NCBI GenBank assembly: GCA_035627695.1 | Contig: DASPLE010000112.1 | Span: forward strand, 5,626-69,625 | DNA: 64,000 nt | Reading direction: 5' to 3' | From: Planctomycetota bacterium | Lineage (GTDB): Bacteria > Planctomycetota > UBA11346 | In this document: positions 1 through 7,931 of the stretch, piece after piece | How positions within the stretch are numbered: position 1 is the stretch's first letter | Layout of the letters: each line of letters starts with the position of its first letter | Notes under the pieces: generated by a model | The model's database searches: none | What the model was told of the DNA's origin: nothing | The model's input: only the letters and a program-made list of their open reading frames with translations | Program-made: the position numbers and the translations under genes

Positions 1-943
1 CGGGGTCGCAGAACAGCTGGCCGTGATCGCCCTTGAACAGCGCCTCGCGCACCGTCGCGCGCACCGCGTTGGCCGCCGGTCGTTCGGCGTGGACGACGAT
101 GCGCTCGGGACGGATGGCGATGGTCGGCGCGTCGCGCGTCACCGCCGACGCGACCCGCAGCGGGCCGAGAACCGTCTCGACGGCGTGGTCGTCGACGCGC
201 CGCGCCGCGACGAGGTTGGCCGCCCCGAGGAACGCGGCGACGAAGCGCGTCGCCGGCCGCTCGTACACGGCGCGCGGCACCCCGGACTGGGCGATGCGAC
301 CGCGATCCATGACGATGATGCGGTCGGAGACGGTCATCGCCTCCTCCTGATCGTGCGTCACCAGGACGAAGGTCGTGCCGAGCCGCCGCTGCAGGCGCCG
401 CAGCTCGAGCTGCAGATCGCCGCGCAGCTGCGCATCGAGCGCCGACATCGGCTCGTCGAGCAGCAGCACCGCGGGCTCGTTGACCAGCGCTCGGGCGACG
501 GCGACGCGCTGCTTCTGCCCGCCGGACAGCTCGTCGGGGCGGCGCGCGCGCAGCTCGTCGATGCGCAGCAGCGCCAGCGCGTCGGCGACGCGCCGGCGGA
601 CGTCGCCCTCGGCGGCGCGGCGCGCGCGCAGGCCGAAGGCGACGTTGTCGGCGACGCTCAGGTGCGGGAACAACGCGTAGCTCTGGAACACCGTGTTGAC
701 CGGCCGGCGGTGCGGCGGCTCGCCGGTGAGGTCGCGTCCATCGACCGTCACGCGTCCCGCATCGGCGCGTTCGAGCCCGGCGACGATGCGCAGCAGCGTG
801 GTCTTGCCGCATCCGGACGGCCCGAGCAGCGTGACGAACTCGCCGCGCGCGGCGGCGAAGCCGACGTGGTCGAGCACCGCGACGTGGCCGAAGCGCTTGC
901 GCACTCCCGTCACCACCAGTCCAGCGTCGGGCTTCGCCTGCAT
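1..943 (-). CDS. ABC transporter ATP-binding protein, PotA/polyamine-importer-like (3' end leaves the window)
   Basis: Absent from the ORF track because it runs off the window. My reverse translation from ATG (rc of 941-943) gives MQAKPDAGLVVTGVRKRFGHVAVLDHVGFAAARGEFVTLLGPSGCGKTTLLRIVAGLE (Walker A). Further on come TVFQSYALFPH, ELSGGQKQRVAVARAL (rc of about 505-535) and LLLDEP (Walker B). Confidence 0.85.
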   Translation of the reverse strand, partial: MQAKPDAGLVVTGVRKRFGHVAVLDHVGFAAARGEFVTLLGPSGCGKTTLLRIVAGLERADAGRVTVDGRDLTGEPPHRRPVNTVFQSYALFPHLSVADNVAFGLRARRAAEGDVRRRVADALALLRIDELRARRPDELSGGQKQRVAVARALVNEPAVLLLDEPMSALDAQLRGDLQLELRRLQRRLGTTFVLVTHDQEEAMTVSDRIIVMDRGRIAQSGVPRAVYERPATRFVAAFLGAANLVAARRVDDHAVETVLGPLRVASAVTRDAPTIAIRPERIVVHAERPAANAVRATVREALFKGDHGQLFCDP

Positions 944-1233
944 GCGCGTCGCGAGTTGTGGTCCGCCGCACCGGCCTGGCTACGGACGAGTGCCGGGCGG
1001 GTGCGCGCGCATGCCGCGGCTACCCGCATGCCCGGCTGGGGGTACCCCGGCATCGACCGTCCCCTCCGCTTCGCCGGCACGCTCCTCACGCCATCGCTGA
1101 CGGTGCAGGCATCATGCGACTCCCTGGCACGGTCGTGGCCCCGCCCGTCATAATGGGAGCGTCGCCTGCGGGCCGCGTGTCAGGTCAACAGGCTCCTCCT
1201 GGCGACTCCGGCCAACCTGAGGCCGGGATCGAA

Positions 1234-1268
1234 GCCCCCGCTCCGGCCGGAGCGGGGGCCTCTTTTTT
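1234..1268 (+). terminator. Rho-independent terminator with no upstream + strand gene
   Basis: Perfect 13-nt arms GCCCCCGCTCCGG (1234-1246) and CCGGAGCGGGGGC (1247-1259), followed by CTCTTTTTTC with a T6 run at 1263-1268. A second hairpin CCGGCC-aacctga-GGCCGG lies just upstream at about 1208-1226. Confidence 0.6.
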
Positions 1269-1295
1269 CGACCCCCGGCGCCCCGTCGGCGCGAT

Positions 1296-1324
1296 TTGCC
1301 GATTCAGCGGCCATAAGCTATGCT
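1296..1324 (+). promoter_or_regulatory. Candidate sigma70-type promoter for the kinase gene at 1374
   Basis: TTGCCG (1296-1301), 17-nt spacer, TATGCT (1319-1324), in a locally AT-richer patch about 50 nt upstream of the ATG. Motif match only. Confidence 0.3.
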
Positions 1325-1373
1325 CTGGTAGGAATCTGCGTCCGGCCTAGCAGGTCGGACCGCCGCCCTACCG

Positions 1374-3593
1374 ATGAGCACCCCCGACGCCGGTCTCCTG
1401 CCGCGCAACGACACCGAACTGGTGCGCTACGCCGTGCGCATCGGCCTGGTGGCGGGCGACCTCGCCGAGCAGGCGCTGGCGCGCTTCACCGCCGATGGCA
1501 CCGCCGCGCTGACCGATCTGATCGCGCGCGGCGCGCTGGATCGCGAGCGCGTGCTGGCGCTGCGCGACGGGCAGTTCGACTTCATGGACCGCCTCGGGAC
1601 CTACCGGCTGTTCGAGGTCCTCGGCCACGGCGGCATGGGCGTGGTCTACCGCGCCCACGACGAGCGCGGCGGCGAGGCCGCGGTGAAGGTCCTGTCGCCG
1701 CACCTGGCCCTCGACCGCGTGTACCAGCAGCGCTTCCTGCGCGAGGCCCAGGCGGCCGCGTCGGTCGCCAGCCCGTTCGTGGTGCGCTGCCACGGGGGCG
1801 GCTCCGGCGACGGCCGCTACTGGATCGCGATGGAGCTGATGCGCGGCGGCAACGCCGAGGACGCCGCCGAGCGCGAATGCGGCCGGCTGCCCCCCGAACG
1901 CTGCCTGCGCCTGATGCGCGACGCGGCCGAAGGACTCGAGGCGATCGATGCCGCCGGCCTGGTGCATCGCGACATCAAGCCGGCCAACCTGTTCCTGACC
2001 GAGGACGGACGCGCCAAGCTCGGCGACTTCGGCATCGCCCGCCTGCCCGAGGACGACGGCGCGACGCGCCTGACGGCGATCGGCCGGACCCTCGGCACGC
2101 CCGGGTTCATGGCGCCCGAGCAGGCCAGCGCGGTGCCCGACCTCGACATCCGCGCCGACGTCTACGGCATCGGCGCGACGCTGTACTGCCTGCTGACCGG
2201 CCAGGCGCCCTTCATCGGGTCGAGCAACTGGCTGGTGATGTCGCAGGCGCTGGCCAAGCCGCTGCCGGATCCGCGCGACCTCGCGCCCGAATGCCCGCCG
2301 GCCGTCGCCGCGATCGTGCGCGGCTGCGGCGCGCTGCGCCGCGACGATCGCTACCTGACGCCGGCCCTGCTGCGCGCCGACATCGAACGCGTGCTGGCGG
2401 GCGTGGCTCCGCGCCACCTGCCGGTCGCGGCGATGGCCGCCGTGGCGAGCTCGCCGACGCCGAAACGCGCGGCCGGCGCGCCTGAACTCGAGCGACGGAT
2501 CCTGATCGTCGACGACGACCCGCTGCTGACCAGGATCCACGAGTCCAAGTTCACCAGCGCCGGCTGGGAGGTGTCGGTCGCGCACGACGGCGCCACCGCC
2601 CTGGAGCGCGTCGCGACCTTCCGCCCGACGATCATGCTGCTCGATCTGGTGCTGCCCGGACTCGATGGACCGGAGGTCATCCGCCGCCTGCGCCGCGACG
2701 CGCAGACCGCCCTGCTGCCGATCGTGGTGCTGTCGAACGCCTATTTCGCCGACGAGCTGCGCGCGGCGCGCGAGGCCGGCGCCGATCTGATCCTCAGCAA
2801 GGTCGACCACGGCCCGCGCTCCGTGCTCGAGGCCGCCGAGCGCATGCTCGCCGACGACAGCGGCGCCCGCCGCGCGCCCGCGGTGCGGGTCGAGCCGCCG
2901 AGCGGACGCATCGATGGCGGACTGGCGCGCAGCGGCAAGCCCGCGCTGGCCGCGGCGCTGCGCGCGCTGGCCGCGGTCGGCGACGGTCCGGACGCGCGCG
3001 GCGACCTGCTGGAGGTGGCGAACAACCTGCGGCCGCTCACCGGGCTGTCCGCCGCGGCGCGCGCCCCCTACGCCGGCACGCTGGCGTCGGCCGGCGAATC
3101 GCTCGCGCGCCTGCTGCACAGCTGGCCGCGCCACGTCAATCCGTCGTCGCTGCGCACCCTGCGCCAGGCCTGCGATCGCCTCGATGCGATCCTCGCCGGC
3201 GACGCGGCGCCCGACCAGACGGCGGCGCGCGCGCTGGTGGTCGACGACGATCCGGTATCGCGCAACACCATGGTCCAGGCGGTGCGCAAGGTGAACGTCC
3301 AGGTCGAGGCGTGCGCGGACGCGGGCAGCGCCCTCGCCGCGTTGGCCAGCGCGCGCTTCGACATCGTCCTGTGCGACATGATGAAGCCGGGCCTCGACGC
3401 CGCTCAGCTCGTCAGGCGCGTTCGCGCCGACCCGCGCAACCGCGACCTGCCGATCATCGCCGTGACCGGGCTCGGCGATGTGGCGCGGGTCCTCCAGCCC
3501 GCGGCGGGCGAGCGGCCCATCGCCGACGACGTGATCGCCAAGCCGTTCCTGCTGATGGAGCTGGCGACCAAGACGCTCGTCCACCTGCGCTGA
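1374..3593 (+). CDS. Ser/Thr protein kinase fused to two response-regulator receiver (REC) domains
   Basis: ORF-track 739 aa. Kinase motifs: GHGGMGVVYRA, AVKVL, HRDIKPANLFL, DFGIARL, GTPGFMAPE. REC1: RILIVDDDPLL...MLLDLVLPGLDG. REC2: ALVVDDDPVS...VLCDMMKPGLD...IAKPF. Confidence 0.9.
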   Translation: MSTPDAGLLPRNDTELVRYAVRIGLVAGDLAEQALARFTADGTAALTDLIARGALDRERVLALRDGQFDFMDRLGTYRLFEVLGHGGMGVVYRAHDERGGEAAVKVLSPHLALDRVYQQRFLREAQAAASVASPFVVRCHGGGSGDGRYWIAMELMRGGNAEDAAERECGRLPPERCLRLMRDAAEGLEAIDAAGLVHRDIKPANLFLTEDGRAKLGDFGIARLPEDDGATRLTAIGRTLGTPGFMAPEQASAVPDLDIRADVYGIGATLYCLLTGQAPFIGSSNWLVMSQALAKPLPDPRDLAPECPPAVAAIVRGCGALRRDDRYLTPALLRADIERVLAGVAPRHLPVAAMAAVASSPTPKRAAGAPELERRILIVDDDPLLTRIHESKFTSAGWEVSVAHDGATALERVATFRPTIMLLDLVLPGLDGPEVIRRLRRDAQTALLPIVVLSNAYFADELRAAREAGADLILSKVDHGPRSVLEAAERMLADDSGARRAPAVRVEPPSGRIDGGLARSGKPALAAALRALAAVGDGPDARGDLLEVANNLRPLTGLSAAARAPYAGTLASAGESLARLLHSWPRHVNPSSLRTLRQACDRLDAILAGDAAPDQTAARALVVDDDPVSRNTMVQAVRKVNVQVEACADAGSALAALASARFDIVLCDMMKPGLDAAQLVRRVRADPRNRDLPIIAVTGLGDVARVLQPAAGERPIADDVIAKPFLLMELATKTLVHLR

Positions 3594-3610
3594 CGTCGGG
3601 TTCGCTCGGA

Positions 3611-3624
3611 GCGCGAAGCGCGAA
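3611..3624 (+). repeat. Heptamer repeat GCGCGAA x2 (shortest copy of the recurring GCKCGAA microsatellite)
   Basis: gcgcgaa gcgcgaa then gcc, 18 nt after the kinase stop codon (3591-3593). Same unit and orientation as the arrays at 40287 and 54172. Confidence 0.4.
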
Positions 3625-3656
3625 GCCATGAGCCGATCCCCGCATCACCGGACGCA

Positions 3657-4757
3657 TCAGCCAGGGGCCGCGCACGAACCCCGCGGAATGAACCTGCTGG
3701 CGAGGACGATGCGGTGGTCGTCGGCGACCGCCGCGCCGGTGATGAGGTCGCGCACCGCGGCGAACGCCGCGCGACCGATCTCGGTCTTCACCGTCCCGAC
3801 CGACGCCAGCGGCGGATGCACCTGCGCGGCGACATCGAGATCGTCGAAGCCGACCAGGCTCAGCCGTCGCGGGACGGCGACGCCGAGCTCGCCGGCGCGT
3901 TGCAGCGCCCCGAGCGCCATGGTGTCGTTGGCGCAGAAGATCGCCGTCGGCGGCCGGCGCAGCGCGAGCAGGCGGTCGAGCCCGTCCCGGCCCGAGACGA
4001 ACTCGAAATCGCCCGCGGCGACCAGCGCCTCGTCCCAGGCGATGCCGGCCTCGTCCAACGCCGCCCGGTAGCCGGCGAGGCGCTCGCGCATCACCGGCGT
4101 GCCGCGCAGCCCGGCGATGTGGCCGATGCGGCGATGCCCGAGGCCGATCAGGTGCGCGACGGCGTCGTGGGCGCCGCGCGCGTTGTCGACGTGCACCGAC
4201 GGGACCGGCGCGCCCTTGATCACGTCGTCGATCAGCACCAGCGGGACCAGCTTGGCGATCGGCAGCGCCTGGCTCTTGTGGTCGAGCGCGACGCCGACGA
4301 CGCCGTCGACCTTGCGCATCGTCCCGCGCGGCGCGTCCACCGCCGGGCGCGGCAGCACGTCGTCGGGCCGCGTCGCGAAGAACACCGCGTAGCCCTCCTC
4401 GCGCGCCGCGGCCTCGAAGCCGGCGAAGACCTGGCCGTAGTACGCGTTGGCGATGCCGTGGCGGATGTCCGGACCCATGATGAAGCCGAGGTTGCCGGTG
4501 CGCTTCACCACCTGGCCGGCGCGCGAGACGAACGTGCCCTTGCCGAGCTCGCGATAGAGCAGCCCCTCGTCGACCAGCTCGGTGACCGCGCGCCGCACGG
4601 TCATGTAGGACAGGCGGAAGCGCTTGGTCAGGTCGCGCTCCGGCGGCATGCGACCCGTCATCTTGCCGCTGAGGATCAGCTCCTTGAGCTGCTTCTTCGC
4701 CTGGAGGTACGGTGGTTCCTGGGCGGTGCGGTCGATGAGCTTCATGGCCGTCACCAT
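3657..4757 (-). CDS. Transcriptional regulator: GntR-type wHTH N-terminus plus LacI/PBP1-type sugar-binding domain
   Basis: ORF-track 366 aa. N-terminus PPERDLTKRFRLSYMTVRRAVTELVDEGLLYRELGKGTFV (GntR HTH). The remainder resembles the periplasmic-binding-protein-like fold of LacI-family regulators (TAIFCANDTMALGAL, LSLVGFDD). Confidence 0.85.
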   Translation of the reverse strand: MVTAMKLIDRTAQEPPYLQAKKQLKELILSGKMTGRMPPERDLTKRFRLSYMTVRRAVTELVDEGLLYRELGKGTFVSRAGQVVKRTGNLGFIMGPDIRHGIANAYYGQVFAGFEAAAREEGYAVFFATRPDDVLPRPAVDAPRGTMRKVDGVVGVALDHKSQALPIAKLVPLVLIDDVIKGAPVPSVHVDNARGAHDAVAHLIGLGHRRIGHIAGLRGTPVMRERLAGYRAALDEAGIAWDEALVAAGDFEFVSGRDGLDRLLALRRPPTAIFCANDTMALGALQRAGELGVAVPRRLSLVGFDDLDVAAQVHPPLASVGTVKTEIGRAAFAAVRDLITGAAVADDHRIVLASRFIPRGSCAAPG

Positions 4758-4836
4758 GCTCTAGACCTCGCCGCCGGCGACAAGGCGCGATAGCGCGACC
4801 AAAGCCGATCGGGCTTCGCGTCCGAGCCCGTCCGCC

Positions 4837-5544
4837 TCAGGGCCGGCGGAAGACCAGCAGGTGCTGACGCGGCAAGGTCGCGATGGTCTCGACCCATTCG
4901 AAGCCGAGCGACGCCATCTCCAGCCGCGCCTGGGCCTCGCTCATCGTGTGCAGCGGCTTGATCGGCACGTCCGGATCCTCGGCGCGGTACTCCACCAGCG
5001 CGACGCGGCCTCCGGGCCTGAGCGCGACGCGCAGCGCGTTCATCAGCTCGACGGGGTATTCGAGCTCGTGGTAGACATCGACGAACAGCGCCAGGTCGAT
5101 CGAGGCCGCGGGCAGGCGCGGATCGTCGATCGTGCCGAGCACCGGCTCGATGTTGGCGACCCCCGCATCCGCTGCCTTGGCGCGCAGCAGCGCGAGCATC
5201 TCCGGCTGGATGTCGACCGCGTAGACGCGCCGCGCGATGGCGGCGAGGCGCAGGCTGAAGTAGCTGGTGCCCGCGCCGATGTCGGCGACGACGTCGGTCG
5301 CGCGCAGCCGCAGCGTGTCGACCACCAGCGCGGGCCGCTCCTCCTCCTCGCGTTCGGGACGGTCGAGCCACTCGGCGCCCTCGTGGCCCATGACCTGGGC
5401 GATCTCGCGGCCGAGATGCCACTTGCCGATGCCATCGGCGCTGGGCTCGGTGAGCGCGTAGGGCTCGAGCGTCGCGGACTCGGCGCCGCCGAGCGCCAGG
5501 ACCAGGGCCCAGGCCAGGAGGCCGATGCGCAGCGTGGCGTGCAT
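4837..5544 (-). CDS. Class I SAM-dependent methyltransferase with N-terminal signal peptide
   Basis: ORF-track 235 aa. Signal-like MHATLRIGLLAWALVLALGGA and SAM motif I VADIGAGTSYFSLRLA. Confidence 0.85.
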   Translation of the reverse strand: MHATLRIGLLAWALVLALGGAESATLEPYALTEPSADGIGKWHLGREIAQVMGHEGAEWLDRPEREEEERPALVVDTLRLRATDVVADIGAGTSYFSLRLAAIARRVYAVDIQPEMLALLRAKAADAGVANIEPVLGTIDDPRLPAASIDLALFVDVYHELEYPVELMNALRVALRPGGRVALVEYRAEDPDVPIKPLHTMSEAQARLEMASLGFEWVETIATLPRQHLLVFRRP

Positions 5545-5595
5545 GCCGTGGTGATCACTGCGCCACGCGCCTGGACAAGCGACGATGCCGCGCCG

Positions 5596-7884
5596 TCAGC
5601 GCGGGCGGCGCAGGAGCAGCGCCGCCGCCGCGATCACCAGGCCCCCGACTGCGCCGGCGCCGCAGCCACCGCCCGATCCGCCGCCGCCACCGCCGCCGGC
5701 GGTCGATCCCGCGCCCGTCCCGGTTCCCGGCGGCGCCGGATCGCCCGCGCCGACCGTCACGCTGCGCGTCGCCGTCGCGCTGGCGCCGAGGTCGTCGAGC
5801 ACCGTCAACGCGACGGTGTAGGTGCCCGCGGTCCCATAGGCGTGCTGCGCGTCGATGCCGTGACCGAGCGCGCCATCGCCGAAGTCCCAGCGCCAGGCGA
5901 CGATCGCCCCGTCCGCGTCGCTCGCGCCGGCGCCGTCGACGTCAACCGTCAGCGCGGCGGTCGCGGCGGTGAACGCCGACTGCGGGGCGGCATTGCCCGA
6001 TGGCGGCGCGTACGGCGAGAGGCGCGCGCCGAGGATCGGCAGTTCAGCCCGCCCGTCCGGCAGCTCCCAGCCGACGGCCAGGTGGTCGCCGCCGCCGCCC
6101 TCCTTCTGCAGCGCCTCGATGTAGTAGGTGCGGCCCGCCTCGAGACGCACCGGCGCCGAGCGCTGCGCGGGGAACCTGGTCCACTCGCGCGGAGCGGTCC
6201 ACCCCGGGACGTGCGCGATCAGCCGCCGCGTCGCGGCGCGATGGTCGTCGCCGAGCCACAGCTGGCAGCGGTCGTCGCCGGCGACGACGAAGACGTAGTC
6301 GCCGGTCAGCGGCGGATGGACGACGCCGCGCACCCGCGCGCCGTAGAGGTCGCCGACGCCGGCGTACTCGAAGCGCGTCAGGTGCCGGCGCGCGTCGGGA
6401 GCAGCGGGGAATCGCGCGTCGGCCGTGAGATCGGCGACCGCGTCGCCGGCGATCCCGTGCCAGAGCTCGACCCAGGCCACGCCCTCGCCCATCGCCACGA
6501 CCTGCGTGTCGGCATGGCCGGCGGGCTCCTGCCCTTGCGCGCGCAGGCCGTTCCAGTCGCGCGCCGCGTCGTTCCACGCCCAGTGCTCGTCGCCCGCGTC
6601 GTGGGCGTGGTACCGGTTGCGGTCGAAGCGGTTGCCGCCGGCGGCGCCCTGCGCGTCGGGATCGGGGAAGTCGCAGCCGATGCCGCTGAGTCCATCCGCG
6701 CCGTGGTAGACGATCTCGTTGCCGTGGACGACGACGTTGCGCACCAGGCACGGGCCGAACTCGCCGACGCCGCGGTTCTGCGCGATCAGGGTGATGCCGT
6801 GCCCAGCGCGCACCGAGACCAGGTTGCCCGAGACGTCGACGTCGCGCGAGGCCGAGATCTGGATGCCGGCGCCGTACACCCACTCGCGCGTGCCGTTGTC
6901 GATCAGGCTGTTGTGGCGGATGGTCGCCGCGTAGCTGATCTCGTGGAAGATGCCGGCGTCGCGGTTGCGCGCGCAGGTGTTGTATTCGTAGGTCGTGCGG
7001 ATGTTGTCGATGTCGGTCCACAGGCCGGCGCCGCGGTTGTCGTGCACCCAGTTGTCGCGCACCACCAGGCCGTCGGTCAGCGCGAACTTGCTGCCGCCCG
7101 CCTCCCACCCGGCGTTGAAGCGCGCCCAGTTGTTGAAGGCGATCTCGTTGCCCTCGACCACCACGCCGTCGCCGTTCGAGCCGATGCCCTTCTGCCCGTT
7201 CATGACGATGCGGTTGCGCAGCGCGCGCCCGCCCGAGCCGAGGTTGACGCCGGTGCCGTGGTTGAGCCGCACCGTGCAGTCCGCCACCGTCCACCCCGGC
7301 GTCGGGTACTGGTCGCCGATCGCGCCCATCTGCGCCGGGATCGCGTACTTCTCCACCGTCAGCGCGCGGATCACGACGCGGCTCGCGCCGGGCGCGAACG
7401 CGCAGCGCGTGACGCTGGTCTCGACCACCCGCCCCGCCGGATCGTCGCCCAGCCAGATGCGGTCGGCGTCGTAGTCGAAGAACCACGTGCCGGGGACGAC
7501 CGCCGCCTTGCTCGCGACGTGCTGCAGCGGCTGGTCGTCGATGAACAGGTCCTCGGCGTGCTGGCTGCGCCAGCCCGGCTCGACGTCGCCGTGCACCTGG
7601 CCCTGCTGGGTCTGGTTGGACGCGAACCACAGCGCGCCCTCGCGCGTGAAGGACGTCAGCCGTCGCGCGCCGCTCAGGATCGCCCCCGGTTCGCCGATGA
7701 AGACCTGGTCGTCCTTCGGTCGGATGGCGGCGTGGCGGTGCACGCCGGAGCGGATGATGAACGTCGTCCCCGCCGGGTGCGCGTCGACGATCGCGCGCGC
7801 ATCGTCGCCCGGATGGATGTCGACGGCGTGCGCCGTGGCGGACAGGAACAGCGATGCGGCGACGACGCAGCGGATGCGTGCCAT
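5596..7884 (-). CDS. Secreted right-handed parallel beta-helix protein with PA14 and PKD domains and a Cys-containing C-terminal membrane-anchor/sorting signal
   Basis: C-terminal 762 aa of the 1430-aa track ORF. Start is ATG at 7884 (MARIRCVVAASLFLSATAHA signal), preceded by AGGAG. Beta-helix repeats (NHGTGV, GNEIAFNN, DNWVHDNRGAGLW). PA14-like segment (LTGDYVFVVAGDDRCQLWL...YYIEALQKEGGGGDHLAVGW). PKD motif WDFGDG. Tail GGGCGAGAVGGLVIAAAALLLRRPR. Confidence 0.85.
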   Translation of the reverse strand: MARIRCVVAASLFLSATAHAVDIHPGDDARAIVDAHPAGTTFIIRSGVHRHAAIRPKDDQVFIGEPGAILSGARRLTSFTREGALWFASNQTQQGQVHGDVEPGWRSQHAEDLFIDDQPLQHVASKAAVVPGTWFFDYDADRIWLGDDPAGRVVETSVTRCAFAPGASRVVIRALTVEKYAIPAQMGAIGDQYPTPGWTVADCTVRLNHGTGVNLGSGGRALRNRIVMNGQKGIGSNGDGVVVEGNEIAFNNWARFNAGWEAGGSKFALTDGLVVRDNWVHDNRGAGLWTDIDNIRTTYEYNTCARNRDAGIFHEISYAATIRHNSLIDNGTREWVYGAGIQISASRDVDVSGNLVSVRAGHGITLIAQNRGVGEFGPCLVRNVVVHGNEIVYHGADGLSGIGCDFPDPDAQGAAGGNRFDRNRYHAHDAGDEHWAWNDAARDWNGLRAQGQEPAGHADTQVVAMGEGVAWVELWHGIAGDAVADLTADARFPAAPDARRHLTRFEYAGVGDLYGARVRGVVHPPLTGDYVFVVAGDDRCQLWLGDDHRAATRRLIAHVPGWTAPREWTRFPAQRSAPVRLEAGRTYYIEALQKEGGGGDHLAVGWELPDGRAELPILGARLSPYAPPSGNAAPQSAFTAATAALTVDVDGAGASDADGAIVAWRWDFGDGALGHGIDAQHAYGTAGTYTVALTVLDDLGASATATRSVTVGAGDPAPPGTGTGAGSTAGGGGGGGSGGGCGAGAVGGLVIAAAALLLRRPR

Positions 7885-7931
7885 GCGGGGACTCCTGCGT
7901 GGGGACGGTGGACGGGGATGACGGACGGGGC

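Noticed and set aside
944-1233. Known structured RNA (SRP/4.5S, 6S, tmRNA, or a TPP, cobalamin or Moco riboswitch) upstream of the ABC ATPase or the kinase.
   Set aside because: I could not find the diagnostic motifs by eye on either strand. These include GGAAGGAAGCAGC for SRP, CTGAGA with ACCTGATCTGGATAATGCCAGCG for TPP, and a B12 box. The region is kept only as an unclassified sRNA or leader candidate.
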